The notes under the pieces: generated by a model | What the model was told of the DNA's origin: nothing | The model's input: the letters and a program-made list of their open reading frames with translations, nothing else | Database searches by the model: none | Made by a program: the position numbers and the translations under genes | Part shown: piece by piece, positions 15,913 through 25,582 of the stretch | How positions within the stretch are numbered: the first letter of the stretch is position 1 | Layout: each line of letters opens with the position of its first letter | Assembly: GCA_963702845.1 (NCBI GenBank) | Contig: OY969763.1 | Span: forward strand, 5,728,001-5,792,000 | Length of the DNA: 64,000 bases | Reading direction: 5' to 3' | Source: an uncultured Verrucomicrobiae bacterium | GTDB taxonomy: Bacteria > Verrucomicrobiota > Verrucomicrobiia > Limisphaerales > Palsa-1400

Positions 15913-18900
15913 TTACGGAGCAAGACTGGCTCGCAAGCGGAAGAATCCGTTCAGTGACGAATTGATGGTGAACTGGCCGTTGCCATTTGCATCAACTGTC
16001 GCGGTGTTTGCCAAATCAGTCCACGGCGCGTTGAACGTGGCGCGATATTGCAATTGATAAACCCGTCCGCCTTGGTACGGGCCGAACACGATTTTCACAC
16101 CGTTTGTCGTCGATTGGGAGGAGAACGACAGGTGCGAAGTCGGGTCGTTCGGCATCGTGCCCAAAACATACTCTGTGAAGTTCGAGTAGCCGTCGCCGTC
16201 GGCATCGGCTGAACCGGAAACAGAGTTGGTTCCCAGATAATACTGCGACCACCATGCCGGCACGCTGCCATTGGCAGGTTTATCCTGGCCAAGGCCGTAC
16301 GAGAACTTCACCGCGTTGACTACGATTACCTTGTTTTGTTCGCCGGTATTATTTTGCAATTGGATGGTGGCGGTTGCATCAGGGAAGTTGAGGTTCGATC
16401 CGAGGGACACCCAATGTCCGCCGACGGTTTGATCAACGCTCGTGAAAATTGTGAATGCCGAGCTCAAAACAAACACCTGGCAATTGGTGCTGTGATTCGA
16501 ACCGCTTGGCGACCAGGTTGCGACATCATACCGCCCCGCCGCCGGCAGCGCGGCATTGAATATCGCCGTCGCATCTGGAGAGAACGGATCGGTTGTGGTG
16601 TTTGCATATTGGAAGGAGTTGCCGTATTTATCGCCGGTCGCCGAACTGAACGTCCAGGCACCAAAAAGCAACGAGTCCGGTTCCTGCAGAATCAGAGTCG
16701 CAGTCGTTGTAAACGTGCCCGTAGCGGTCATAACCGCACCGTCAATCACACTGGTCACTTGAAAATAGTACAACGTGTCAGGAACCAAACCGGTCAACAT
16801 CACCGAGTGGTTCGTGCGCAGCGTCCCATCAAAACTCGAAACAGAACCGTAGCTCGGCGTCACACCGTATGCGACCTGCGTCGTCCCATTCGACAGCGAG
16901 TTCCAGTTAATAATCGCAGCGGTCGGATACCCAATCGCATTGACGTTATAGATCGGCGGCGGCAATGGAATCACCTGTGTCGTTGCTATCGCGGTATTGT
17001 TTGTTAAAAACGCGTCGGGTTCATTCGCCGTTACGGTCGCCGTATTGATGATTGTTTGTGGATCGGTCGGCGTTGTGACAGTGATCGTCATCGTCGCGAC
17101 GTAATTCACGTCGAGATAACCGACGTTGAAGGTGACAGTTCCCGCATCGGTATCAGCAATGAAATCCCCTTGAGAAGTTGTCGCGGTCACAAACCCTACG
17201 CTGTCTGGCAATGTATCAGCTACCGTCACGCCAGTGGCTGGTAGTGGCCCAAAGTTGGTCACCGAAATCGTATAGGTCATCGGGTAGCCCACAAACACCG
17301 TCGCAGGCGCAAAATTACCAATTCCCAGTTCAGCCGGATTCACCGGAACAACCGACGTAACCACGTTATTGGTTTGCCGCGGATCGGGAACTTCTGACGA
17401 GATGGTCGCCCTGTTCGTGAGGAATCCGATCGTTGCGGGCGCAATCGTCACGGTCACACGCGCCGTGCCATTGCTCGCAATCGTGCCAAGCAGGCACGTC
17501 ACATTCGTCGAATTGCTGCTAAATCCGCCTTGGCTGACGTTCACAGAACTGACGCCAACAGGCGACGAGAAGTCCGCCGTAAAAACTACGTTCGTCGTTC
17601 CAAGCGGCCCTTTGTTGGTGATGACATAATCGAAAACGTATGGCGTGTTAATCGATGCTGGTACCGGTCCGTTCGTTCCTGTCATCGTCAGATCCGCGAC
17701 GGTGAAGCTCGCCTGGTAGAATAGATTCAAAAGGTTCGAGCCGGGCGATCCCCAGCCAGTGCAAAGATCGTATCCAGCCACTGCCGGCCACAGCCCGTCA
17801 CTGAAATCATTGGTATTATTGCCGGAGGTCACGTCGTGAAACGCTCCCGTTGTTTTCGCTTTGCCGAGCGAATAGACAAACGGATTGATAAAGCCCGCTG
17901 GGGGTTGGCTCTTGGCGATATTGGTTTGGTTCACCAACGCCATAAATCCGGCCCACAACGGCGCCGCGCAACTGGTGCCGCCGAACGCACCGGAGGTGTG
18001 AGTATTGCCATTGGGATCATAATAAGTGACATAAACATTGTCCGCCGTCAGCGATACGTCCGGAATATTGCGAAAGTCCGTCGAACCCTTGTTCTTGGTC
18101 ATGCTGATGCCCTGTTGATACTTCGGGATATCGTAATAGTCGCCGATGCCGCCGCTGCTGCCCAGGTAACCATTAGGCGTTTGGTCAAAAGAAAATCCGC
18201 CGCCCCAATTCCAAACGACTTCCGATACCCAACCTTGTGAACCGGACGTCGAAAGCGTCGTGCCGCCCACTTGGGTGATGCTCGGGCTCTCCGAAGGAAA
18301 TTCAACCGGATTTACATCAGCATCGAAGGCATCAAAGTCACCAGAAGCATTGAAGAACGATTGTCCTTGCGCCGCCATCTGTTGGAAAGTCACTTCGATC
18401 GAATCATCCGGATCACCACCACCCCACGAGCAACTAATTGGCGCGACAAGATTGTCGTCCGCCATACGTCCGATCAGGTCCATCCACGGACTCGGGTTTG
18501 GCGCTTCATAGACGTAAATACGACTCAGTCCCGGCGCCATCGACATGCACATTTCGATGTCCAAACAAACTTCGGCATTGCCGAAGTCAGGCACATCTAC
18601 GCCGCCATCGATTGGCACAACAGTTAAAGGAACATTCGCGAGACCCGCCTTGGCGCGATACGCCGCGATGTCCGCGGCGTAAAATCCGTCGAACTGCAAC
18701 AGGCCAATCGTCTCGCCGTGACCGTTCAATGTTGTGTTGGGGACATAAGCTTTGCGGAAATCGCTGCCCATATAAGCGCTGCTCGGACCGGTGCCGCCTT
18801 TCGGAGCCGCATTCGAGGCCTTACGGCTTTTTGCATGCGGTTTCCAATAACTGCTCAAACCTTCAATCGACGAAATCGTTACTGGCGCATCGATGGCCGG

Positions 18901-19383
18901 CTCGCGGTCAGCGGAGAAAAACGTGCGCGCTTCCTTCGGATGCTGGTAAACGTTCATCGAAACGTTGAACGCCTTCTCGACGTCGTCGACCGACCCATCA
19001 ACGCTCAGCAATAAACGGTTTTTGTATGTCTTCGCTACGGTCAGCCCCTTCGACTTCGCCCAATCCTGCAGCGCGGCGTAATCCTGTTCGGTCGCACCGA
19101 AGCGCGTGCCGAATTCTTCCGGCGTGATGAACTGGCGAAAGTTCGGGCTAGTCGGGTCGGAGAGCGAGTCAACGAAATCCTTGATTGCCTGGCGGTCCTT
19201 GGGCGGCAGCGCAATCGCGAGCCGAACGCGTTCTTTCGCGGCCATGTGTTCTACAGCTTTTGCGTGTGCGACCGCTGCCGGAATGTGCGTGTTTGGTTTC
19301 GCCTGTGCGATTGACGAGCAAAGCAGCGACAACGCCGCGCAGCCGGCAATGACACGTGAGGATAAGTTGGTATGGAACTTCAT
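15913..19383 (-). CDS. Secreted S53 (sedolisin/kumamolisin) serine-carboxyl protease with pro-domain, DUF11-like and Fn3-like domains and a C-terminal domain
   Basis: Pro-domain DPTSPNFRQFITPEEF; EVCLD (E-x3-D), ASGD, RNIPDVS, GGTSCAAP, HDVTSGNN, GYDLCTGWGSP; YTISVTNFGP-type repeats; DADGDGYSNFTEYVLGT. Confidence 0.92.
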   Translation of the reverse strand: MKFHTNLSSRVIAGCAALSLLCSSIAQAKPNTHIPAAVAHAKAVEHMAAKERVRLAIALPPKDRQAIKDFVDSLSDPTSPNFRQFITPEEFGTRFGATEQDYAALQDWAKSKGLTVAKTYKNRLLLSVDGSVDDVEKAFNVSMNVYQHPKEARTFFSADREPAIDAPVTISSIEGLSSYWKPHAKSRKASNAAPKGGTGPSSAYMGSDFRKAYVPNTTLNGHGETIGLLQFDGFYAADIAAYRAKAGLANVPLTVVPIDGGVDVPDFGNAEVCLDIEMCMSMAPGLSRIYVYEAPNPSPWMDLIGRMADDNLVAPISCSWGGGDPDDSIEVTFQQMAAQGQSFFNASGDFDAFDADVNPVEFPSESPSITQVGGTTLSTSGSQGWVSEVVWNWGGGFSFDQTPNGYLGSSGGIGDYYDIPKYQQGISMTKNKGSTDFRNIPDVSLTADNVYVTYYDPNGNTHTSGAFGGTSCAAPLWAGFMALVNQTNIAKSQPPAGFINPFVYSLGKAKTTGAFHDVTSGNNTNDFSDGLWPAVAGYDLCTGWGSPGSNLLNLFYQASFTVADLTMTGTNGPVPASINTPYVFDYVITNKGPLGTTNVVFTADFSSPVGVSSVNVSQGGFSSNSTNVTCLLGTIASNGTARVTVTIAPATIGFLTNRATISSEVPDPRQTNNVVTSVVPVNPAELGIGNFAPATVFVGYPMTYTISVTNFGPLPATGVTVADTLPDSVGFVTATTSQGDFIADTDAGTVTFNVGYLDVNYVATMTITVTTPTDPQTIINTATVTANEPDAFLTNNTAIATTQVIPLPPPIYNVNAIGYPTAAIINWNSLSNGTTQVAYGVTPSYGSVSSFDGTLRTNHSVMLTGLVPDTLYYFQVTSVIDGAVMTATGTFTTTATLILQEPDSLLFGAWTFSSATGDKYGNSFQYANTTTDPFSPDATAIFNAALPAAGRYDVATWSPSGSNHSTNCQVFVLSSAFTIFTSVDQTVGGHWVSLGSNLNFPDATATIQLQNNTGEQNKVIVVNAVKFSYGLGQDKPANGSVPAWWSQYYLGTNSVSGSADADGDGYSNFTEYVLGTMPNDPTSHLSFSSQSTTNGVKIVFGPYQGGRVYQLQYRATFNAPWTDLANTATVDANGNGQFTINSSLNGFFRLRASLAP

Positions 19384-19587
19384 AGACTAAAGAACGGGTC
19401 GGAGATGGGCAACTGGGACGCGACTGGCAGCAGGTTGACCGTTGGTTTGAATTAGCAGTCTCCGGTTTATTGTTTGGACCCTTCCCGGCCAGCATTCAGC
19501 GCGCGGCTTTGAGAAAGAGACGTTGCGTAAGCTGATAACGGAAACCAGCCCGTAAGGTCAAGAAATTACGGGCTCCTAAAGCGAGTG

Positions 19588-19706
19588 TTTAGCCACAGAC
19601 TGAACACGGATGTAACACAGATTCAATCAACTACAGGTTTCAATTTGTAAACCAATCAGTCCTCATCCCCAATCCGTGTTTGATCGGTGTTCAATCCGTG
19701 GCTAAA
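19588..19706. mobile_element. Miniature inverted-repeat (MITE/REP-like) element with ~11-bp-periodic arms
   Basis: 36-bp arms 19588-19623 and 19671-19706 are inverted repeats (30/36 identical) around a 47-bp non-coding spacer. Confidence 0.7.
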
Positions 19707-19737
19707 AACCGCCTCGAACTACCGCGTCAGGGGCTAG

Positions 19738-20878
19738 TCACTTATCACTGACAAAGACCACGCTATCTCGCGCCCCCGCCGGAATATGCAAATTCACCCG
19801 CCGCGTATATTGCGGTAACAGACGCCCGCTCGCATCTTCGAATTCAACCTTCACCTCATGATCGCCAGGCGGAAGTTTGAACGACGTGAAACTCAAAAAC
19901 TGCGGCAGATTATCCCAACACCGCGTGTCGGCCTCCGGCGTTGTGAAAGCCGAAATTCCTTTGCTCAACGCCCCGGCCAACGCGAGTCCAATGCCGGCAT
20001 TGCGCGCATCCCCACTGCCTTCCGTGGCAAGGACGAGCCCACTAATGAGGCCGACATTCCCCGCAACATCCGTGCCCGTCTTGAACACAGCCTTGTTTGC
20101 CAAGACATGGTCCATCACCCGACCGCCACGCGTCCGCGCCTGGAAAGCCAAATCATCATAAGCCGGTGCTGGGAATTCATCGCGATCCACTTTCACCACC
20201 GCGCTGCGCACAACGGAATGTCCGTCGCGGAAGCGCAGCTCCTCCTGATATTCACCCGACGCATACTTCTCCGGTCCATTCCCAAACTCCACAAACACCA
20301 GCACATTCGCTTGCGCATCATAGGGCGGCAGCTTCAGCCCGCGTGCCAGGCCACACGCCCGCTTGTATGCATCGGCCCCATCCTGGTTCAATTTCACTGA
20401 GGCGAATCCATCGAGGTAATCCAGCAAAACATAATCGCTCGCAAACGTGTGCTCCTCCGCATCGCTGTCCTCCAGTTGCGCACTGCGGAAACACGCCCGC
20501 GCATTATCCGGTTCGCCATCCATCCAATAAAGAATGCCGCGATAGAAATACGCCATCACGCGTTCGTAGGGTTCGCCTAGAAAAGTTTTTTTCGATTCCC
20601 GGTGAAAATATCCGCGCGCCTGCTTTTGCGGTTTTATCATTCGCACGAATCCCGCTGATCGTCGTGATCGCCTCATCCAACAAATGCTTCGCCTCTGCAA
20701 ACTCGCCCTTCCTCAAATGCGTCACCCCATCCCGATACTCCCAAAGCACCAAATCTTTCGCCGGCACTGAAGTTGCGAACCCACCCGCCGTCGCATGCGG
20801 CGCCGTTGGCTCAGTCGTGGCGCAGCCCACGAGCAATGCGGAGGCGCAAACAACAACTGAGGAAAGGGGGAATCTCAT
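19738..20878 (-). CDS. Helical-repeat lipoprotein (COG3014-like), split by a 1-nt frameshift near 20625
   Basis: Lipobox LLVGC; ORF 20504..20878 continues into 19738..20700 (..ANDKTA/KQARGYF..FLGEPYERVMAYFYRG..ADTRCWDNLP) across a homopolymer run. Confidence 0.65.
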
Positions 20879-20933
20879 TGGCTCGAATTCGTTCTTTCAC
20901 GAATCCGTGTTTCGTTATCTGTGCCCAAAAAGA

Positions 20934-21566
20934 TCACCGATACGCCGCATCCGTCTGCCCCTGCTTCTTGATCCGATGCGAGCCATTCCAAATAACTTCA
21001 CTCGTATTCGGATCAATCAGCTCAAACGAATACAACACATAATCACTCGTGCCGGCGCTGGTTTTCGTCGTTTGTCCGACGAGCTTGCCCGTCAGCATAT
21101 AATCCGCGCCCTTGAACTGCTGAATATTCGGATCAGTCGCGCTCGTCACTTGACCGGTGCGTTTCAAATCACGTTCCTTTTCCAGTTCGCTAATGCGATC
21201 ACGCGCCAAAAACCGGACCTTACCCGACGCGCGTTCATTCAATAGCGCCATGATTTCATCCATGAAAATATCTTTGTTAAACGGAAACCGTGTATCGTTC
21301 TTGACTGGCAACAACACAATGCGCGGCGCCTTTTGCGCATTGGCAATCTCCGGCACACCCATGATCCCGTGCGCCATTTTTTCCGTGACGGCTATGATAT
21401 CCTGCGACTCAATCCCGGTCCCTACGACGAACCCTTTATCATCCGGTCGCATTTCGACCACGCCGACGCCACATGGTTTATCGATGCCGTTCGAGGCACA
21501 CCCAGCGATCACCGCCGCAGTCAAACCAATGGAAAGTGACGAAATAAATTTAGAACGGGCACACAT
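20934..21566 (-). CDS. LpoB/CsgG-like outer-membrane lipoprotein
   Basis: Lipobox IAGC; GTGIESQD..VKNDT..GADYMLTGKL..YVLYSFELIDPNTSEVIW..IKK. Confidence 0.75.
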   Translation of the reverse strand: MCARSKFISSLSIGLTAAVIAGCASNGIDKPCGVGVVEMRPDDKGFVVGTGIESQDIIAVTEKMAHGIMGVPEIANAQKAPRIVLLPVKNDTRFPFNKDIFMDEIMALLNERASGKVRFLARDRISELEKERDLKRTGQVTSATDPNIQQFKGADYMLTGKLVGQTTKTSAGTSDYVLYSFELIDPNTSEVIWNGSHRIKKQGQTDAAYR

Positions 21567-21745
21567 AATATGACTAGATAGACGGGACCTCGCCGCGCCT
21601 GTTCAAATTATTGCGACCACACCGGACCGAAGTCAATTTTACACCGAACCCCGTTGGCATGCGATCCGCGTAGCTGTTCCTGACCGTAGCCCGAAAACAG
21701 TTGGTGCAAAGAATTGAGCCCGTGGTAAAACCAATAACACACTTT

Positions 21746-23044
21746 ATGAGACACAGAATTCTATCTGCCTTGTTTGCTGTCGCATTTGTAGCGACCACCT
21801 TTGCGGCGACTGAAAATAAACCGGACGATCCATATTTTCAAAAGTTCAACCCAACCAAAGCGCCGAAGACGTCTCACTTGTTGCTCAAGCGCGACGATCG
21901 CCTCGCCATTTGCGGCGACTCCATCACCGAACAGAAAATGTATTCGCGTATCATGGAGACCTATCTCACCGTCGCGTTGCCGGAGCTAAACATCGCTACG
22001 CGCCAATACGGTTGGAGCGGCGAACAAGCCTCTGGATTTTTGAAGCGATTGACCAATGACGTGCTGCGCTTTCAGCCCAACGTCGTCACGACGTGCTACG
22101 GCATGAACGATCACCGCTATCAACCTTACAACGACGAAATCGGCGGCACCTACAAGACCAACCAGGAAGGCATTGTGCGCGGCAGCAAAGCGGCGCATGT
22201 GCGCACCATCATCGTCGGTTCATCCGGTTGCATGGGGCAAAAGACCCCATGGGGTTTCGTCAAAGGCAGCTCTGAAGAACGCAATCTGAGCCTGTGCACA
22301 TTGCGAAACATCGACGTCAACATCGCCAAAAGCGAACACGTTGGTTTCGCCGATGTCTTTTGGCCGATGTTCACCGGTGATTACTTCGCGCGCGAAAAGT
22401 TCGGTGAAACTTATGCCCTCGCCGGCGGTGATTCAGTCCATCCCGATTGGGCCGGCCACACCGTCATGGCCTATGCATTCCTGAAAGCCCTCGGCGTCCA
22501 AGGCGACATCGGCACCATCACCGTTGACCTCCGCAGTGGCAAAGCGAAGTCCACCCAAGGACATGAAGTTGTTTCGACCGGCGATGGCACAGTGACCATC
22601 AAGAGCTCGCGTTATCCCTTCTGCGCCGCTGGTGCGACAAACGTGCACACCACCATTCGCTCCGGTATGGTAATCGTGCCGTTCAATCAAGACCTGAACC
22701 GTTTCATTCTGATTGGTAAAAATGCGAAGGCACAAACATACAAAGTCACCTGGGGTGAAGAATCTAAAACCTACACCGCTGACCAATTGAAAAAAGGCGT
22801 GAACCTCGCCGACGACTTCCAGGTAAATCCCTTCTCTGCGCCATTCAAAGCGGTGGATGAAGCCGTCGCCAAAAAACAGAACTTCGAAACCAAACAAATC
22901 AAAGAACAATTCCACGGCGCCGCCGGCCAGAAGGACATCGAAGAAACCGTCGCCAAAACCGAAGCCGAACGCGCTCCGCTTGTGGCCGCCATCCACGCTG
23001 CCTTCAAGCCCGTGACCCACACGATCACGATCACTGCCGAGTAA
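21746..23044 (+). CDS. Secreted SGNH/GDSL hydrolase
   Basis: Signal peptide; CGDSIT, GWSG, YGMND, DSVHP..GH. Confidence 0.88.
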   Translation: MRHRILSALFAVAFVATTFAATENKPDDPYFQKFNPTKAPKTSHLLLKRDDRLAICGDSITEQKMYSRIMETYLTVALPELNIATRQYGWSGEQASGFLKRLTNDVLRFQPNVVTTCYGMNDHRYQPYNDEIGGTYKTNQEGIVRGSKAAHVRTIIVGSSGCMGQKTPWGFVKGSSEERNLSLCTLRNIDVNIAKSEHVGFADVFWPMFTGDYFAREKFGETYALAGGDSVHPDWAGHTVMAYAFLKALGVQGDIGTITVDLRSGKAKSTQGHEVVSTGDGTVTIKSSRYPFCAAGATNVHTTIRSGMVIVPFNQDLNRFILIGKNAKAQTYKVTWGEESKTYTADQLKKGVNLADDFQVNPFSAPFKAVDEAVAKKQNFETKQIKEQFHGAAGQKDIEETVAKTEAERAPLVAAIHAAFKPVTHTITITAE

Positions 23045-23216
23045 ATACTCCCAATGGCGCGGCGAGCCGAAAAACTCTCACTCAACCCTGAACGGGTTGA
23101 AGCGACCCGTATTGTTGCCGCCCTGACCGTGCGTTGACCTCGATTCGTGGCGACGTCGATCGATCGTCGACGCAGTTATCGATCGGTTCCACACGAGGAA
23201 CGGGAACCCCTCGGTC

Positions 23217-23603
23217 TTGTATTTGACTCGCAAGCCCATCTACGCAATAGTTGCCGTTGTCGGACTCGTTATGACTGCTATTGCCATTGTTACACTCTTA
23301 ACCGGCGTCCTGGTTTTCGTTCTCTGTTTACCATTGATCAGTCGCAAGATCCCTATGAACGGAGCCTACGGCATCCGTGTCCCTGCAGCCTTCGAATCAG
23401 AACAACGCTGGTATGACATTAACGCCTTCTGCGGCCGTCGCTTAGCTGCATGGTCCTTCCTCATCATGGCTACGGGAATAGCCGGCTTCTTCATTTCGCC
23501 AGAACATAAAGATAATTACCTTCTCGTGAGCGTCGCAGTAACCCTCATGGCCGTGGCAATCCCCGTCTTTCAGGTTCAAGCATGGAGTCGTAAAAAGGCG
23601 TAG
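23217..23603 (+). CDS. SdpI-family membrane (immunity-like) protein
   Basis: TM helices flanking KIPMNGAYGIRVPAAFESEQRWYDINAFCGR. Confidence 0.75.
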   Translation: MYLTRKPIYAIVAVVGLVMTAIAIVTLLTGVLVFVLCLPLISRKIPMNGAYGIRVPAAFESEQRWYDINAFCGRRLAAWSFLIMATGIAGFFISPEHKDNYLLVSVAVTLMAVAIPVFQVQAWSRKKA

Positions 23604-23671
23604 GCACCCTTCACCTCTTCACCAGCTTCGCCAACCTCGCCATTTCATTTACCCGCGCCCACTTCGCCTGC

Positions 23672-25438
23672 TCACTCATCCACCTCTGCGCTCAACTCCT
23701 TTGCCTCCTCCTCCATTTCGACCTGCTCTGGACTCTTTCCTTCGAACCTCGCCCTCGTATCATCCACCTCCGACCGCGGGATATACCGTTGGAACACCGG
23801 CGTAAAATCATCCATCGAATACCCTTTCGCCACCGCTTCACCGATCCGCATCGTCCTTGGCCGCACGCCATAAGGCCGCAACACCCTCGCCAACCACACA
23901 TCCGTCACCCCTTGCGGCGCCTCCTTTGTTTTGCGCTGCGTCATCTCATTCCACGGCCGTCCCGACATCCAATTCAACCTTTGCACCAACGTCCGGCTGA
24001 ACACCCGCTCCGACTTCTCCGCCGCAAAACAACACAAGAGATCCATCAACAACGACGCAATCGGATTATTCTCCTGCGAAATCCCCGTCAACCCCACCGC
24101 CGCCTCCCTCGCCTTCACTGCCCAACGCCGGTCCGTCCCATCCGCCTCTTCGTTCCGAGCATTCACGTTTGCTGTCGTTTCCAAAATTCCGTCATTCGAA
24201 TTTTGAATTTGTTTCGTGTGGCCACCGGAGCTTCCGGTTCGGATTTCGAATTTCGAATTTAAACCTTCTCCGTTTCCTCCGTTCCCTCCTGTAAAACTCT
24301 CCATCTTCACCCCCGCCAAATCCGCCAGCACAAGCAGCGGCTCCCAAATATCCGCCGCCCGATCATTCAACCCCTCCGGAATCTGCGGTCTTGCCATCGC
24401 AATCACATCCCGATGATCCAACACAAACCGCGCACACTTCCGCCGCAACGCCTCAGCATCCAACAACCGCAACCGCTCACACGATTCCCCATTCGACTTG
24501 CGCTGCATCCGAATCACAATGCACCGATCCGCCAGCGTATCGGGCAACCGACCAATCGCCGCCATCACCTTCGGACACCAACAAGAATAACTCGCCAACC
24601 TCGACCCAGGTAGGGCGCGTCGCTCCGCGCGCGCCAACGTCTGACTGTTTCCCGTTCCTTCGTTCGCTTCGTTCCCCTCTGTCAATAATCCGTGTTCATT
24701 TGTGCGCGAGCCGGACGTTCCGGTCAGTGGTTGAAACCCTTCTTCCTCTCCGTGCTCTCTGTGGTTAAAAACTTCATTCGCAACACGAACCACAAACGCC
24801 GTCGACCGCGCATACCCCGAATTCAAAATCCCTCGAAGCTCATCATTCCCCTGCAAAAACGTATCCGCCTCATCAATCAAAAGCGTCGGCCTCAACTCCT
24901 CGATCACGCGAAAAAAAGCCGGCGACGAAATATTCGCCGCCACCACCGGCCTGCACACCAATTCCGAGAGCACCGCGAGCAAAGTAGTCTTCCCGCACCG
25001 TTTCTCTGGCGACTCGATCCCGATGTAAGTTGAAATATCCCTCAACTCGAACGCATAAGTATGCAAAACCCAAAGCGCGAGCGTCTCCGCCGCCCACCTT
25101 GGCAACACCACAAACCGCGTCAACACCGAAGCCAACTCATCCAACAACGCCTTCCCATCCACCGCCTCCTGCCAAGGCTCCACCTCCCGAATCCCGAGAG
25201 CATTGACCCGTGTTCGCATCCCGTTTGAAATCTGACCTCGTATCGTGAAGCGATCGTTGTTCGTCGGGCAACTAGCTGGAGGCGGGCTTGGGAAGCCAAA
25301 TTTGAAATTTGAAATATTTTGTTCATTCATATCCCCCAAATGTAGCAACCCCACTTGGACAAAGGCTGTCCAAGTGAAATTTTTCCGCCTTCGATGGTAG
25401 TCGCTCAGGCTCAGCATGTTTTCCGCTGTCGCATGCAC
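23672..25438 (-). CDS. DUF3631-domain protein (phage/plasmid replication-associated NTPase-like) with in-frame repeat insertions; true start possibly 25330
   Basis: EPWQEAVDGKALLDEL, LALWVLHT, SPEKRCGKTTLL (Walker A-like), PTLLIDEADTF, LRGILNSGY, LPDTLADR, LNDRAADIWEPL, LARVLRPYGVRP..KGY..F..YIP. Confidence 0.8.
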   Translation of the reverse strand: MHATAENMLSLSDYHRRRKNFTWTAFVQVGLLHLGDMNEQNISNFKFGFPSPPPASCPTNNDRFTIRGQISNGMRTRVNALGIREVEPWQEAVDGKALLDELASVLTRFVVLPRWAAETLALWVLHTYAFELRDISTYIGIESPEKRCGKTTLLAVLSELVCRPVVAANISSPAFFRVIEELRPTLLIDEADTFLQGNDELRGILNSGYARSTAFVVRVANEVFNHREHGEEEGFQPLTGTSGSRTNEHGLLTEGNEANEGTGNSQTLARAERRALPGSRLASYSCWCPKVMAAIGRLPDTLADRCIVIRMQRKSNGESCERLRLLDAEALRRKCARFVLDHRDVIAMARPQIPEGLNDRAADIWEPLLVLADLAGVKMESFTGGNGGNGEGLNSKFEIRTGSSGGHTKQIQNSNDGILETTANVNARNEEADGTDRRWAVKAREAAVGLTGISQENNPIASLLMDLLCCFAAEKSERVFSRTLVQRLNWMSGRPWNEMTQRKTKEAPQGVTDVWLARVLRPYGVRPRTMRIGEAVAKGYSMDDFTPVFQRYIPRSEVDDTRARFEGKSPEQVEMEEEAKELSAEVDE

Positions 25439-25582
25439 TTACTCCGAATCTAAAAGCGGGTGTTTCGAACTTGATTACGACGGAGGTTACTTCAAACTCA
25501 GGCAACTATTACTGCGGGGCAATCAAGCGACCAACAAGTTTCAGCCCGACATCTAATTTAGGGTGCCGAAGAGTAGTTCATA

